A stretch of 64,000 nt of DNA from Asterias rubens (GCF_902459465.1 NC_047064.1:6758001-6822000), one strand, 5' to 3'; counted from the stretch's first letter, positions 36,715 through 50,186 are shown. Numbers and translations are program-made. The notes: generated from the letters alone by a model not told the origin.

Positions 36715-37216
36715 ACACAAAGTAAACTTATCCAACATTGTTTAAGATATATAACAAGATATAATAAACTCACATCCAATATATCTTCCTTGCCATGCAC
36801 TTCAGTCTGACATCAGAGTACATTGCGTTCAGACGAAGAAACCATTAGTTCCTTAATCCACGTCTTGTCATTTTGAGTCATAAACAGTGCTTTCCACTCA
36901 TTCCGAATCCTTCGTATTTGTTCATCTTTTCATTAAGAAGATGTTACGAATGAGCAGCTGGTCCGGGAGGGGTTAAATCTTGCAGCTGGACTACGGGAGC
37001 TGAGATCTTTGTCCCGTTGCTGGATCGAGGGACCATGAAGTCATTAGAGAGAATGCATACTTAGTAATAGTGCTTTATGGATCTCTTTTACTTACTGTCA
37101 TTTTCAAGATAATGTTGCTGGGTTTTGTATCTCTGGCTGGGATCACTTCTGGTGTTTTTTTCTGCGATAGCTAACTGTAATGTTTATTTTGTTATTATCC
37201 AACGATTGGTCATGAG

Positions 37217-37448
37217 TATCTCTGTATGCATCGATTTAAGTAAGCCTATATTATATCTGCACGTAAGTCGCAGGGACCAAATGCAAATGACACTTAAAAA
37301 CAATGTGTTCTTGTTTACAAAAGAAAAAAATGCACAATTAGTCAGTTTTATTGCATCTGCGATTAGTCTTGTATATCTCTGTTATGCATCATATTAAGTA
37401 AGCCTATATATATCTAAGTCACAGAGACCAAATGCAGATGATACTTAA
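37217..37448. repeat. Two-copy degenerate duplication
   Basis: taagtaagcctata...taagtc.cag.gaccaaatgca occurs twice. Confidence 0.7.
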
Positions 37449-37640
37449 ACCCATTATACACTTTCGGAACAGAAAAAACAAAAAAATTCACAGATTTACA
37501 AATTACTTACAGGGTTTACACAAGGTGATGGTGAAAGACTTCACTTAAAATATTATTCCATAAAATGCTTTACTTTTTGAGAAAACATTAAAACAATTAT
37601 CAATTCTCGATATCTAGAATTACAGATTTATTTTTAAAAA
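37445..37640. mobile_element. MITE family B, one half
   Basis: ttaaacccattatacactttcggaacag, the reverse complement of the family-B right end. Confidence 0.8.
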
Positions 37641-39087
37641 GGAAAAGATCTCTATAGTACCTGTGAAGAGCAATAACAGTAAATCCATTCATTGGTTTAA
37701 ACTTTAAATCAAGCCAATGAAAGTTTGTAGGCCTACTCGGGCAGTTTATTACTTGATGATTGGATGCTGAAGTTTCTGAACTACTGAATTATTCATTAAA
37801 CATTCCCCTCTCTAGCCTGCCTTCAAACCATGCAGAGGGTCCCCGCCAATCAGCGCAACTGTTTGATACAAATTATTCAATATTCACTCATGCATTATTC
37901 ATGAGTAACTGCTTCCGTCTCCCTCCCAAGCGCGTTGTGAAGACTTAGCTTGTGTGCTCATTAACCATTCAGGGGCACCAGCCAATAGTGGCAAACCACT
38001 GGATCTGCCCTATTAAATATTCACTAGTGTCTGTGGTGTTTTGCAAACAATTATTGATAATCGGGCGATCCTACACCAAAGGAATATCTCCACCTACCCA
38101 CAGAGGGGTCTGCGCAGTCAATCACGGTAAATTTTTAATCAGGCCCTACATTTCTGAATCTTTCATGGGGATATTCTTGGGCCTTTCAGGGGAGCTTAAA
38201 GACACTGATGACTTGCCCTCACATTTTTTAACAATGCTCAACAGATTTGCCTGTTTAATTAATGCCGTACGGGACAACCTGTTTTGTGTTGACGTTTACT
38301 GAGTGGTTTCGTACCCAGAGAGACCTTGTACTGTGATGTGTCGTCTGCTTGATGCACACTTTCTATCCTGTCTTGTAGAATCTTACTTTTCACTGTAGTG
38401 CTTAAAGTAGTTCTCTGTCGGACATTCTTTAGTAGAAGGAATTGTTTTTCATTTCTGACATTTTAGAGTAAAGATGTAACTAGCAACATTTTTAATTTTA
38501 AATTTTGTATCATTTTGCCCCCCTTATGGGAGTTAAACTGATTCTCCCCGTAGAGATTCACCAAAAAATTAATGTACTCGCTTGTAACGATAGATGGGGA
38601 ACGGTGGGGCTTCCATATGCATACAAGTATTGTAATATATAGAGCCAACAGAAGGGGGCCTGGATCAGTTTTCCATAGGCTCGGGGCACCATTGTTTTGT
38701 AGTCCCGGGGCACCAGTGTTTAGTAGGCCGTAGCCTTCATGGCCAATTTCATAGCACTTTTAAGCACTGTATTTTATTACAATTTGCATTGATCCAAAAT
38801 GTATGGAGTTTTTTTATAAGTTTTATTTTATAGATTGAAGCTTTCCCAAAGGCCAAAGAACAGGAAGAAATGAAAAACATGACCAACAGATCCAAAAGGC
38901 TCCACAATATCACTCAAAATTGGAAGCTCGGTATCCACATCTAAGACATTTTGTAAAATTTCACTAATGTGCTCGCATACAATGTTCAGGCTTTATGTCT
39001 ACTCATGTACTGAGTGTGCTACAACTGTGGTCTGGCATTTATGACACTGTGATCGCAGGAATGGTGGAACGGTTTGTCTGACATCTG

Positions 39088-39240
39088 GGCCTAGTTTCAT
39101 CCATAGCTTGAGCAAAAAAAGGTAGCAAAGCACACAAAATTTAAGCTTACCAGAATAAGGTTACCAGCCTAAATATCGTGTCACATGCACCATTCTCACT
39201 GATATCCTGCTCATTGTTGCTAGCACAACATTTGTAAGCA
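39088..39240. mobile_element. Harbinger-like MITE family F, partial
   Basis: ctgggcctagtttcat...cttaccagaataaggttaccagcc. Confidence 0.65.
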
Positions 39241-39644
39241 AAAGTGTCTGTGGGCCCATGGTATTTTAAGCCAAAGTGATTGAGTCATTAGGGCAGAGTG
39301 ATGTTACAGTGTTGTTGGATGCTGACATCTAAACTCTGTTGGTTCACTGTTATTCACTTACAAAAAAGGTCGGCAGAACTGTGCCGTAGCGGACAAAACA
39401 TGTATCAAGTACATTGTATGCCCTTAATTTCTGATGACTCCACACTAACAAAAAGCAAAACAAGCACACATAAATAAATCAATACATGAATAAATAAACA
39501 TTATAAAGCCGAAACTGAAACCCCCTCTGAAGTTAACTTTGCATGAAGTTAATCCGCATGAGGGGCGGGGCTTGACAAAAACCAATATTCATGAAGCTCA
39601 TACCTTAATAATTAACACAGTCATTCAGTGCAAAGTAAACTCTT

Positions 39645-39980
39645 TGGGTGGGGGAAGGGGTTGGGGGAAATTGTAGGGGTTTACAATCGATGACCAAACG
39701 CGTGAATCCAACGATTCCTACTGAACTATTTTGGGGGCACCTTACATCCCTGAGTGGTGTGGGGTGGGGTGGTGAGGGGAAAATGTGAGTGATTTACAAT
39801 CAATGACCGAATGCATAAACTCTAACAACTTCAACTGAGCTTTTTTGTAGTAATGGGTACCTTAAACCCTGGGTGGGAAGGGGGAGTTGAGGGGAAACTT
39901 TATTGATTCTAAACCCCAACCATTCCAATTGAAACGTTTGCAAATGGGCATCTACCCTTGGGAACAAGGGGGATGGGGGC
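39645..39980. repeat. Degenerate about 125-bp repeat with G-tract blocks
   Basis: tttacaatc.atgacc occurs twice. G-run blocks at about 39646, 39755 and 39870. Confidence 0.6.
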
Positions 39981-42900
39981 GTGATGCAGGATGTGCAGAA
40001 GCACCCCACCCACACCCCCTCTTTGAAATCGACGTACAGCCCCTAAGTCATACCATGAATGAATCAACGTCAACTGTTGATGGAAAAGTAGACACGCTTG
40101 CTGGGGGTGATGTGGTTCACAAAAGAACTGCATTATGAAGTCAGCACGTGAATAGGTAAACATTATGAAATTTCAACAAATCATTCACATTGTTTTGTAC
40201 TTTAATTATTGAAATAAATGCTCTTGCTGAAGCTTTAGGAACAAAATATTTTGGTTCAAGGACTTTCTCCAGTGCTGCCCCCTACTTAGGAACTTTCTTC
40301 TTTCTAATTTTGTTTTCTAATGCTTTTTAATAAGTTTAATATTGGTTGTGTATGCCTATTAGTGTATTGTATGTTATGTTGTTGCTCTTTTGTTTTGTTG
40401 TTTGTAAAGCGCATAATATTGATATTTCTTTCAGTTCTGAAATGCGCTTTATAAGAATTAGCTGTTATTGTTATACAATTTAAAGAACTTTAGCATATGA
40501 GTATGAACATTTAAAGTTATGTTGCAATTAATACACTAGTAAGGCACTGGTTTACAAAAGAAACTTTTGAATGACATTAATACCCCACCACATGAATAAG
40601 TAAAGATTGCAACTGTGAAAGTCTTCAACAATGGTGCAGTTACTTATTCGAGGGGCAAATGGCCACAGAAGTTACTTTTGTTTTCTGCGTAAATAATTCA
40701 ACACAGTACATGTATGAATAAACAATGTACATTGAGATTGAAATGAGCTTTTGAGGTCTTGTGTTGGCAGGGGGTGTATATTTAAAGTTATAAATGAATA
40801 AATAAAGAACTAACCGAAACATTTTAATTGTTAATGAAGCTGTTGGATAGGATAAACTCGCAGGGGCTGGTTGTTGTTGTTTTGTATTTTATTCAATTTA
40901 TTCATATGTTTCTGGTAATGAAGCCAAGGGATTCTCAAAAGCGTCTAGCACTGTAACTATGATGAACAAATTTAAATGCAGCCAAGTTTCTCGTTCAAAA
41001 AAGTGTTCTACGCAAGTATTTTATACAATTTTCAAAGTAGATCCCAGAAAACATTTAGGTACTCACATATGCTGGAAGATACCTGTGTGGATAAAGCCCA
41101 GTTCATACTTCCTGCGAATGCAAATGCGAAGCAAATTTCGGTGAGCCAACAATCGGAACCACCCCTTTCCCTTTGTGATGCAGAGAAGTTTGCTTTTCAC
41201 GAAGCATTCGTTGGAAGTATAAACAGGGCTTTACTTTTTTGTTGTTCGGGGACTCTTTGGTTAAGGGGCGGGGGTTTGGGGGAGGGGGTTTTACACTGGG
41301 TTGAACACAGATAATAATTACAACAATTTATTCATTTATTATGCGCAAGTTTCATTAAAAAAAATTACAGATGCGCATTACAACAATATACAAATATTAA
41401 CAATAATTTAAACAGATTTAAAAATTGTAATTACACTGAAAATTACGAGAACAATAGTTAAAATCAATCAGATAAAACTTAAGTACCAACTTCTAATACT
41501 GGATCATAAAAAGTATTGTTGGTATCTCTGTGTGGCAACTTTTTCTAATTCTTTCTGTGCCCATTGCATCCCACTGTTTTCCCTGAATATGATAGGGCAG
41601 TTTGAGGTTTTAGTGGTTTTGGGGGGGTTATGAGGTAACGCTTTATTTTTTCCTCGTCAGTCGAGTCTTCTCTACATCTACATCATGAGTCTTTTTTTTT
41701 CTTCTTTTACGCTTGTAGCTTAGTTATTCTGCTCATACGCGTGCATTTTAGTGTGTAATTTAATGAATTTGTAGAGAAAATTTAAATTTGATAACAATAA
41801 TAAAACACAATTTATAAATTGTACACAAATTTGTATCGCAATGCTTCACTTCACACAAAAATGAAAGAACACAAATATAGGGGGAAAAAAGGAAAATTTC
41901 ACAAATTAAGTAAGAGAAATGACTTGACATATTTCATAAGGAAGGTTTGAAGAAGAAAACAAAAACAGTTTGAGGACAAAGATTCCTTAAATTCAATCAA
42001 TCAAATGTCTAAGTTTGTCATTGCCAATGGGCAGGCTCACTGCTTACAGACCAGGCTAGCTGTGAGAATCCTTGAGAAAGACTGCTTTTGAGTCATGCTT
42101 TCGACACTCATCTCTATGTTTTCCACTGTAAACCATAAACTAACATGCCTAGATCTCATTTCAAAAAGGGGGTTGCGATTTTAAGATATCGCCAGAAATC
42201 CAGAGCGAATATGTCCAAGCAGGAAGAATAATCCCTAATAAAAAGAAATTTATACACAATCTGGGGAGCATTACGAGGTTCAAACTTTGGGGACAGAAAA
42301 ATTGATATATTATTTTGTACATAACCACATTACTTCGTAGTAAAACGTTGTATACTTTTGAAAGCTGATGTAGGCTTCAAACCAGAAGTTTTTAGCGCCA
42401 AACATTTTAATGCATGTGGACAACATTGGTGATTGTCGAATACCAGTATCTTGACCTAAACAAACATGATATTATGAGAGTCATAAAAACACAGTTTTAA
42501 AAAACTATGTTTTTACTGTTTTCAACATCATGTTTTGGACATTTGCATTTCAAGCAAAAGTCTGTATATGGAAATTTTCCACCATAACCATTTTATACAA
42601 AAACTCATATATTTTGAAATGTGTCATTTGATGTTTCAGGATATTGACACAAAATCGCACTCGAAGGGTATTTAATATGTGCATTTCACAAGGTTTTAAA
42701 GGTTTTAAAGTGAGGTTCGAGGCTTGTACATTTCATCACTCTCAGAAGGACTCTATCTATTGGAAAATGATTGCATCACAAAACTGAATCTGACCTTGGA
42801 GCCTCTTTTTAAGTTATATATGACTGGAATAAAAACACTCTTGTAAAAAAACAGCTATATTTATACTTTGTAGATTCCTATCACAGGCTTATGAATGTCT

Positions 42901-43091
42901 TGCTTTCAGTCCATTCCCCATTGGGCCTGTTGGGCCTGTCAAATGCTGATTTTATTTCTACATTGTGCAGTTGGTTTGAGAGTGGGGGGGGGGGGTGGGC
43001 ATTGCCAACAAAGCATATTATCTTATAACATTGCTCCCAGCCCTTCTATTGCCACTGAATGTTTTTTTTCTTGGTTTATTTCTTGTTTTAT

Positions 43092-43436
43092 TTGAAGACA
43101 CTGGACACATTTGGTAATGGTCAAATACCTGTATTCTCACTGGTGTATACCAACGGATGCATAAATTAACAAACCTGTGAAATTTTTTGCTCAATTGGTC
43201 GTCGAATTTGCAAGGGAGTAATGAATGAAAAAACACCCTCATTGCTTTACTTTGTGTGCTCTCAGATCGAAGTCTTTTATTATTTTAGTGAAAAATTACT
43301 TGTTTCTCAAAAGCTACTTTAGTTCAGAGGGAGCTGTTTCCCACAACAGCTTTCCATTGCCCTGTATACCAAGTAAGTTAAGTTTTTATGCTAGCAATTA
43401 TTGTGAGTAGCAACCAATGGTGTCTAGTGCCTTTAA
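43092..43436. mobile_element. MITE family A, degenerate
   Basis: ttgaagacactggacacatttggtaatgg ... aaccaatggtgtctagtgcctttaa. Confidence 0.82.
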
Positions 43437-44934
43437 TAGATGGGTATGTTCATGGAAATGTATGCATTTTCAATCTTTCCCCCTAAAGATTTTCTGTACA
43501 CAGAAAACAAAAGTCTATTGTCATCACTCGGATCTATATTGTGGTCATGCATACAGAACGGAATGTATTTACCGTTCATTAGTGATTTTAGTAACAGTAA
43601 GGGAAAAGCACCAAATGTAAGATAAGAGTTGTTGAATCTTCCCTGAAATCTTCAGCGCATAATTTCTTTGATCGCATCATGAAAAAAAAAAAAACATCAC
43701 TGCATAAGATAAGTTGAAAATGATCACTTTTAGCTGCTCCGAGGTCCTTACTCAACCATCTGATCTCACGACTAGATTCCCAAAGTCTTTTCAAATCCAA
43801 TAATCGTTTGAGCTACGACGAGGCAAGACTTAAAAACCTAAGCATTAAAAAGCAGCCCATACGGCTAACTGATTTCTGTATCGTTTAAAAAACAGAAATT
43901 TTGGATGGTCCATCTTGCTTCATCGGAGAGAACCCTTTTGTATTTTTTATTCTCTTCTTCTCCAGAGATGCTAAGTATTTTCTGAAATAATAAATGTCCA
44001 GTGCTCTTTTCATCTGCTCGGCATTGTCTTGCTCAGTCCTCACCAGGGTCTCTTCCCATCTTCTTATGTTTTCTCTTCAGTTTTGTCATCCTTAAGTACC
44101 CACAGCAATTATTGTCTCTTGGTTTTCTCTTGATGTACATCTTTTCTTTCTCCTTCAGTTGCATCGCAATCTCCAGCCAGTCCCCGACGAGGACTCTTCA
44201 AATGAAGCCTAATGAAGACGGAATATTGCCTCCTATGAAAATCTCATCCGTAAATTTTGTACGTTCTATTCTTGCGCAAGGAACAAAAGATACTCCCCAA
44301 CAAAAGCAATCAAACAAAAACAGTCCCTCTGGCAAATTTAATTATTTTGCCATTCCTGGTGAAATTATTATGTACTTTTTTCCTCCTCTTTCTTCATCTT
44401 GGCAAAACTTATTTATATTTTGACAGTAGTGCTGGGATGCTTTTGTTGTTGTAGAATAACAGACATGGAAATTGGTTGGAAATTAACATGTGATTGAAAA
44501 ATCAGCTAGCCAGTAAATTTAAAACGCATAGAAGCATCTAAAGAACCTACCAATTCATGTTTGCAATTCATTTTTTTCCACTCAGAAAAACCAACAATAT
44601 TCTCAAGTTTGGGATGCACTGCTCTTTTGTCTTTTAAAGTCTTTGTCTTTTTGTCTCATCCACAATTTCCAGAGGTAAATTTAGAGGTTCTATTTATAAA
44701 TGTCTTTATGTTGTCATATCTCGGGTGATCTTACACTTAAGTTTTATTGAGCAAAGGTTAACAAAATGAAATTGTCTGACTTCAAAATGACATCTTTAGG
44801 CTTCATAGTACTGGGTTGCTTTCTTGTTGTTTAGGAATATAATGTTCGCATTAAATTATCTCCATAAACAATTTCCACATCCTATTCTATCCCCAGGAAA
44901 ACAAAAAACGGAAAGAAAACCCCAAAAGATTGGG

Positions 44935-45140
44935 CCCAGGGGAGCCAATTCTCTACAAATATGCTAAGCAGAGAAAAATGTTGGTAAGCAAAGTAACTTC
45001 ATTAGCAAAAGTGTCATCATAATGTATAGTTGCTTATGACTGACCACACTGTGCTAAGCATATCAACTTGCTAAGCAGATCATTTTGTAGAACAATTTTC
45101 AGAAGGAAAATAAGTCAAGTAGCCCTATTAATTGGCCCCG
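44935..45140. mobile_element. Harbinger-like MITE family F, degenerate
   Basis: gccaattctctac...tgctaagca repeats...aattggcccc. Confidence 0.5.
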
Positions 45141-45439
45141 TGTGTATATTGAATTTTAAGATTCCAAACATAATAATAAATGTTTAAAACAAGCTAAGAA
45201 AAAGATAATATATGGACATGGCAGGATTATAAAATATACCTATTTTCATTTAAAATAACACAAAGTGTCGAACCAACCTCCATAGCATGACTCGTATTCA
45301 CTAGAATCAAGATTGACTTCGGGAAAAAACAGAGATTGCCGATAAGAAATGACCTTGTAGATCTCTGCTCTTCCTTTCATGAAGTCGCTGTTATCAAGAT
45401 TTTTTCTTGTTTCCATGCGGTGCCATGTTCATCACAGAA

Positions 45440-46110
45440 ACGCCCCCCCCCCCCCCTCTGACGAGATAAATGAAACGCAGCAGAATCCTGGTTCATGTTT
45501 TAGCAGTCCACATTGTTCTCAAGAAGAACAAAAACAAACAAATTATTTTCAGTAAGAAATTTTCAGTTTCACTTTTGTCTTAGGTTGTTTTAAATGATAC
45601 CCCTCCCCTCGATGAGATAACTGAAACACACAAAGCATGATGCTGATTCATGTTTTAAATATAATTATTTCAACAGTCGACATAATTCAAAGAAGACAAA
45701 CAAATTATTTTCAGTAAAAAAAATTCAGTTTCATTTTTTTCCCCTTAGGTTGTCTTAAATGATACCCCCCCCCCTCCCCTCGCTAAGATAACTGAAACCC
45801 AAAAAGAGAATGCTGATTCATGGCTTAGATATGATTCAAACAGTCCACATTATTCTCAAGAAGATTTAAGACAAGCAAATTATTTTCAAGAAGAATTTTT
45901 ACAATTTCATTTTTTTTTTCTTGGGCTGTCTTAAATGATACCAACCCTCGATGAGATAAAGGAAACATTGAAAGCAGAAGGCTGAGTCATGTTTTTAGAT
46001 ATTTTTAAACAGTCCAAATTATTCTCAAAAAGAAACGAAGACAAACAAATTATTTTCAGTAATTATTTTCTCTTTTTTTCTTTCTTATGTCGTTTTTTTT
46101 AATGGTTTCC
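45440..46110. repeat. About 165-bp degenerate tandem repeat, 4 copies
   Basis: (g/a)agataa anchor at 45463, 45614, 45785 and 45953, with shared acaa(a)caaattattttca. Confidence 0.88.
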
Positions 46111-46719
46111 ATGCTTAAATTTCCAGATGAAATTACAAGATAATTAGTGGTTGTACGCTTTACCAGTCTCGGTTTTCTTTAAGGAGCTCGAGGGCCTTCT
46201 CAAACCTCACCTTGCAAAAGCGACTGATGTGAAATACAAGACATCCAATTGAAATTGAAAAATTTAATTTACAAAGAGAAGACTGCAACATGCAAGGTTC
46301 TTCTTCTTCTTTTTTCATCAAGTGATTTTTGTTCTTGGGGAGGGACGGTGGAGTCTTACTACAAATGGTAGATTTGACTAATTTCCATGAAATATTCATG
46401 AGATATTTATGAATATTGGATGGCAATGATAAGACAGTATATACTGGCTTATTTAAATTTACACATGAGAAAGCAGAGCTCGTAGTTAAATTCACCATGG
46501 TTTTCACCATTCTGCAAAAGATGTCCAGATCAAGGAAGAGAAAATGCTAAAACCCAAACGCCCAGTCACAAACCCTGAATCTAAAATACCAAGGGCTTAG
46601 TCCCGACCCTCTAATCTTTTAGAAAATAAGGATTTTCATATTTGATAGGATAAACCGGCCGTTGGAGTGATCCTCTGAAGGCCTAATACCCCATTGTGGA
46701 GGCTTGGGATGGACTGATG

Positions 46720-46806
46720 GGGGAGGGGCTAAACAAAAAAAACGCTGTGTGAACAGTCACTGCTATAAAGACTTAAAGCATGACCAGAGAGAAGAAAGCA
46801 TCATTT
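46720..46806 (+). promoter_or_regulatory. Candidate upstream core promoter
   Basis: GC-box-like ggggaggggc at about 46720, TATAAAG at 46764-46770, Inr-like TCATTT at 46801-46806 (spacing slightly long). Confidence 0.35.
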
Positions 46807-46935
46807 ATTTCCTTTTGAGTCTTTCCTCTCGTCTCGTGTGATACACAGCTCCTGCCTCCAGCCCGTGACAGTTAGGAGAAAACACTGCTCCCGGAGTAGA
46901 GACTTGCTACTTCAGTCTGAGGTTTTTGCTAGTAG
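46801..46935 (+). other. Candidate non-coding first exon
   Basis: Ends in a consensus donor AG|GTGAGT (46936). No AUG in it. Repeat-free. Confidence 0.4.
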
Positions 46936-46999
46936 GTGAGTTTGTGACACAAATTTCTCTGTCTCTCTCTCGTTTTTTAAAGTCATCTCAGCTACCATC

Positions 47000-47171
47000 C
47001 TCAATTGCAGGACACTTTTCATGTTATTTTTTTCAGTACCATTTTGGGAATAGGGGGTTTAAGTTCTGCATAAAATGAAAAGAAACATGGCAGTGTTTGA
47101 GCAGTCACAAGAGCTTGTTTCTTTCTTGAACACTGTAAAAACTGTCAATATTTTTAAGTTTTTTACACAAG

Positions 47172-47212
<41 letters not shown>

Positions 47213-47330
47213 AAAAGACCTCTTAGCTCAATTGGTGGACACTTTTCATGTTTCCAGTATCATGTTTGGAATAGTGTGCTTAAGTTATGCATGAAACTGT
47301 AAATGAAAAGGAACATGCCAGTCTTTGGAA
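47000..47330. repeat. Two-copy about 215-bp duplication interrupted by a (CT)18 microsatellite at 47175-47210
   Basis: ggacacttttcatgtt...aaatgaaaag.aacatg occurs twice. Confidence 0.75.
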
Positions 47331-47980
47331 CATGCCACTGTTTAGGCTGTCAAAATTTTGCTTTCAAAGTGACTGATGGTTCACAATAATGAAAAAACAC
47401 ATGTATTCTATTTTGGCCAGCAGCCATATCTTTTGTTGATGGTTATTGATTATCAACACAGTTTATTGACCCTTGTACTTTGTAGGTAAGTGTCAAAACG
47501 GACACTTGTATGTTCCAACATGATTATTGAAAAGACCAAGATTCTGCTTGAAAAAAGGCCAAAAGTCGATTAAATTTTTGTGCAGAAAAAAACCTGTATT
47601 TCATGGAAGATTTTATGTAAGTCGATTGTGGGGAAAAGTGGTGTGGGTACAACACAATTTTTTTTGTAGAGTTTTGAAACTTTCAATAATTTGTTCGTTG
47701 TTGAAATCTAAATTTTCACTCAACCAAACTACTCAATGGTGTAACGCAGTATAAATCTGTTCTGAAAACATAAAACCTACACAATTTTGGGTAGCAGATG
47801 AATAAACTGTAAACTGAGTTCAATTTAATGATTTGTTTTAATCTACTCAAGACAAATTTTGAAGAGGGCCACCAAGGTCAAGACCAGTTTTGTGATCCAC
47901 TCATTGTCCAGTTGAGTCCTTATAGAAATGGACAGACAATTCCAAGTCTCTAACCTCAAGTGAAAAGATGGTATCAAATT

Positions 47981-48263
47981 CTGGGGCCAATTTCATAGAG
48001 CTGCTGAAGCAAAATATTTGCTTAAGCACGAAAATAGCTCGCTTATTTTACACATGTTACTGGCCAAACTTTCATGCCATATACATTGCTTATGACTGGT
48101 ATTTAGCTGTTGTTTACTTAGCATAACAATTGAGCGAAGTCTCGGCCGGTAGTCTGATTTTATTAAGCAAAATTTTGTGCTTTAGCAAACTTTTGTGCTT
48201 AAGCAAAATGTTGTGCTTAAGCAGCATTTTGTGCTTAAGCAGCTCAATGAAATTGGGCCCTGC
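47981..48263. mobile_element. Harbinger-like MITE family F, complete, CTG TSD
   Basis: ctg|gggccaatttcatagagctgct ... agcagctcaatgaaattgggcc|ctg. About 20-bp ttaagca...tgtgc repeats lie near the right TIR. Confidence 0.88.
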
Positions 48264-48499
48264 TGTGTTTGATACTCTCCATGTACAGTTATAAAAATTC
48301 AAGTTCTTTTGATAACGTTGCATTTCAAATAAAATAGTCTGTACATTTTTTATTTTCAGTTCATCCCTGAATTTTGATAGTGTTCAATAAAAAATTTCTA
48401 CTTGGACATATTTGTTTTTGAGTGTGTTTTGGGGACATGTTTTAAATGGCTCTTAAATAAAATTACATTTTACACTATTTGAACATGCGATTAGAAACT

Positions 48500-48730
48500 T
48501 TAAAGGCACTTGACACTGTGGTGTTTACTCAAAGTTATTGTTAGCATAACAAACGTACCTAGTAACAAGCAACGGGAGTTTTTGAGAAAGAGGTTATTTC
48601 TCACTAAAACAATAAAATGCTTCAGCTGAAGCCTTTTATTATGCATCTGAAAGCACACAAATTTGTGCAACAAGGGTAATTTATTTTTGATTCATTATTC
48701 TCTGGCAACTGTGATAACCAATCGAGTCAA
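48500..48730. mobile_element. MITE family A, truncated
   Basis: ttaaaggcacttgacactgtgg... family body, right end missing. Confidence 0.75.
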
Positions 48731-48764
48731 TTGTCATCTTGTATTCCCTGTATTCTTGGGCACT

Positions 48765-48946
48765 AGAGGGGCCTAAGCACAAAACAGCAGCTGAGCACAA
48801 CAAAATAATGCTTACCAGAATATGGTTATCAGCCAAACTACTGTGTCACATGTGTAATTTGTGACTGGTATCCTGCTCATTTCTGCTTAGCATAAAGATT
48901 TAAAGCAATATTTGCTTGGTAAGCAGATCTATGAAATTGGGCCCTG
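48765..48946. mobile_element. Harbinger-like MITE family F
   Basis: Right end tctatgaaattgggcc|ctg, family body. Confidence 0.75.
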
Positions 48947-49593
48947 TGCTTAAAAACCCTAATTTGTTTGTCTTTTTGTCTTTTTCCTTCTTTCTTTTTC
49001 TTGTGCAGTTACCCAACATCTTGAACTTCTACATACAGGTATGTATTCAATTGAAATTCAGTCCCCAAAAAGTGTGTTTTGGATATTTTTATGCATGTGC
49101 AGTACCAGGGGGGGGGGGGGAACATCACAGAAATTTGTTTCAAAATGCTTTTCAAAAATCATATGCTTTTTCAACAAACAAGTTTATTATACTGAAACAC
49201 TTAAAACAACTAATTTATGGACGATATGACCTATGTTTACATTCAAACTGCCCTCTGTTAACAAAAAACTGTATACGTCATGTTTCGCCGTTCAAAAAGA
49301 CCGGTAGTCATGGTGAGATTGCGTTCACTTTCTAGCTGGCTGCCAAAACACAAAGGTTTTGCCCGGCGGTATGCGCGCAAATCATGTTATGGTTTGAGTG
49401 ACGTCATAGGTCACATCAGCTATATGGGGCCTTTTTCTGAGGAAAATGTGTTCTGTATATTCTTAAATTAAACAAGACTCTAAGGTCAGATTCAGTTGTA
49501 GGATCCACTCAGTTTCCAAAAAGATAGAGTCGACCTCATGAAACAGTTAAAACAGTTTAAATGGCAATGTTTCCCTTTAAGTTTTTTTCTTCA

Positions 49594-49982
49594 TTAAAGG
49601 CAGTGGACACTATTGGTATTTACTAAAAACAATTGTTAGCATAAAACCTTACTTCGTTACGAGTAATGGGGAGAGGTTGATAGTATAAAACATTGTGAGA
49701 AACGGCTCACTCTGAAGTAATGTAGTTTTCGAGAAAGAAGTAATTTTCCACAAATTATGATTTCGAGACCTCAGATTTAGAATTTGAGGTCTCGAAATCA
49801 AGCATCAGAAAGCACACAACTTCGTGTGACAAGGGTGTTTTTTCTTTCATTATTATCTCGCAACTTCGATGACCGATTGAGCTCAAATTTACACAGGTTT
49901 GTCATTTTATGCATATGTTGAGATACACCAAGTGAGAAGACTGGTGTCTTTGACAATTACCAAAAGTGTCCAGTGTCTTTAC
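49594..49982. mobile_element. MITE family A (opposite orientation), near-intact
   Basis: ttaaaggcagtggacactattgg ... aaaagtgtccagtgtcttta. Internal 16-bp stem at 49758-49773/49785-49800. Confidence 0.92.
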
Positions 49983-50186
49983 GACTTGATCTTTTTGAAA
50001 ATGGGTGCATCACAAAACTCAATTTAACTTTGGAGCCCTGTTATTTAATATCGAAAGGCGATATCAAACTTGAATACATGATTGCTAGAAATACAGAGAT
50101 CTCTGGATTTTTCTTTTTTTTAAAGTGTGATTTTTGGAAGAGGCAGCTAAACCTTCACAAAACAGTAATGAGGTTTTAAAGGACAT

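Noticed and set aside
44001-44423. 140-aa plus-strand ORF and a 43-aa Lys-rich minus-strand ORF (MQLKEKEK...)
   Set aside because: No recognisable homology or convincing splice sites. The pyrimidine/purine strand bias explains the open frames. A tBLASTx hit would reopen this.
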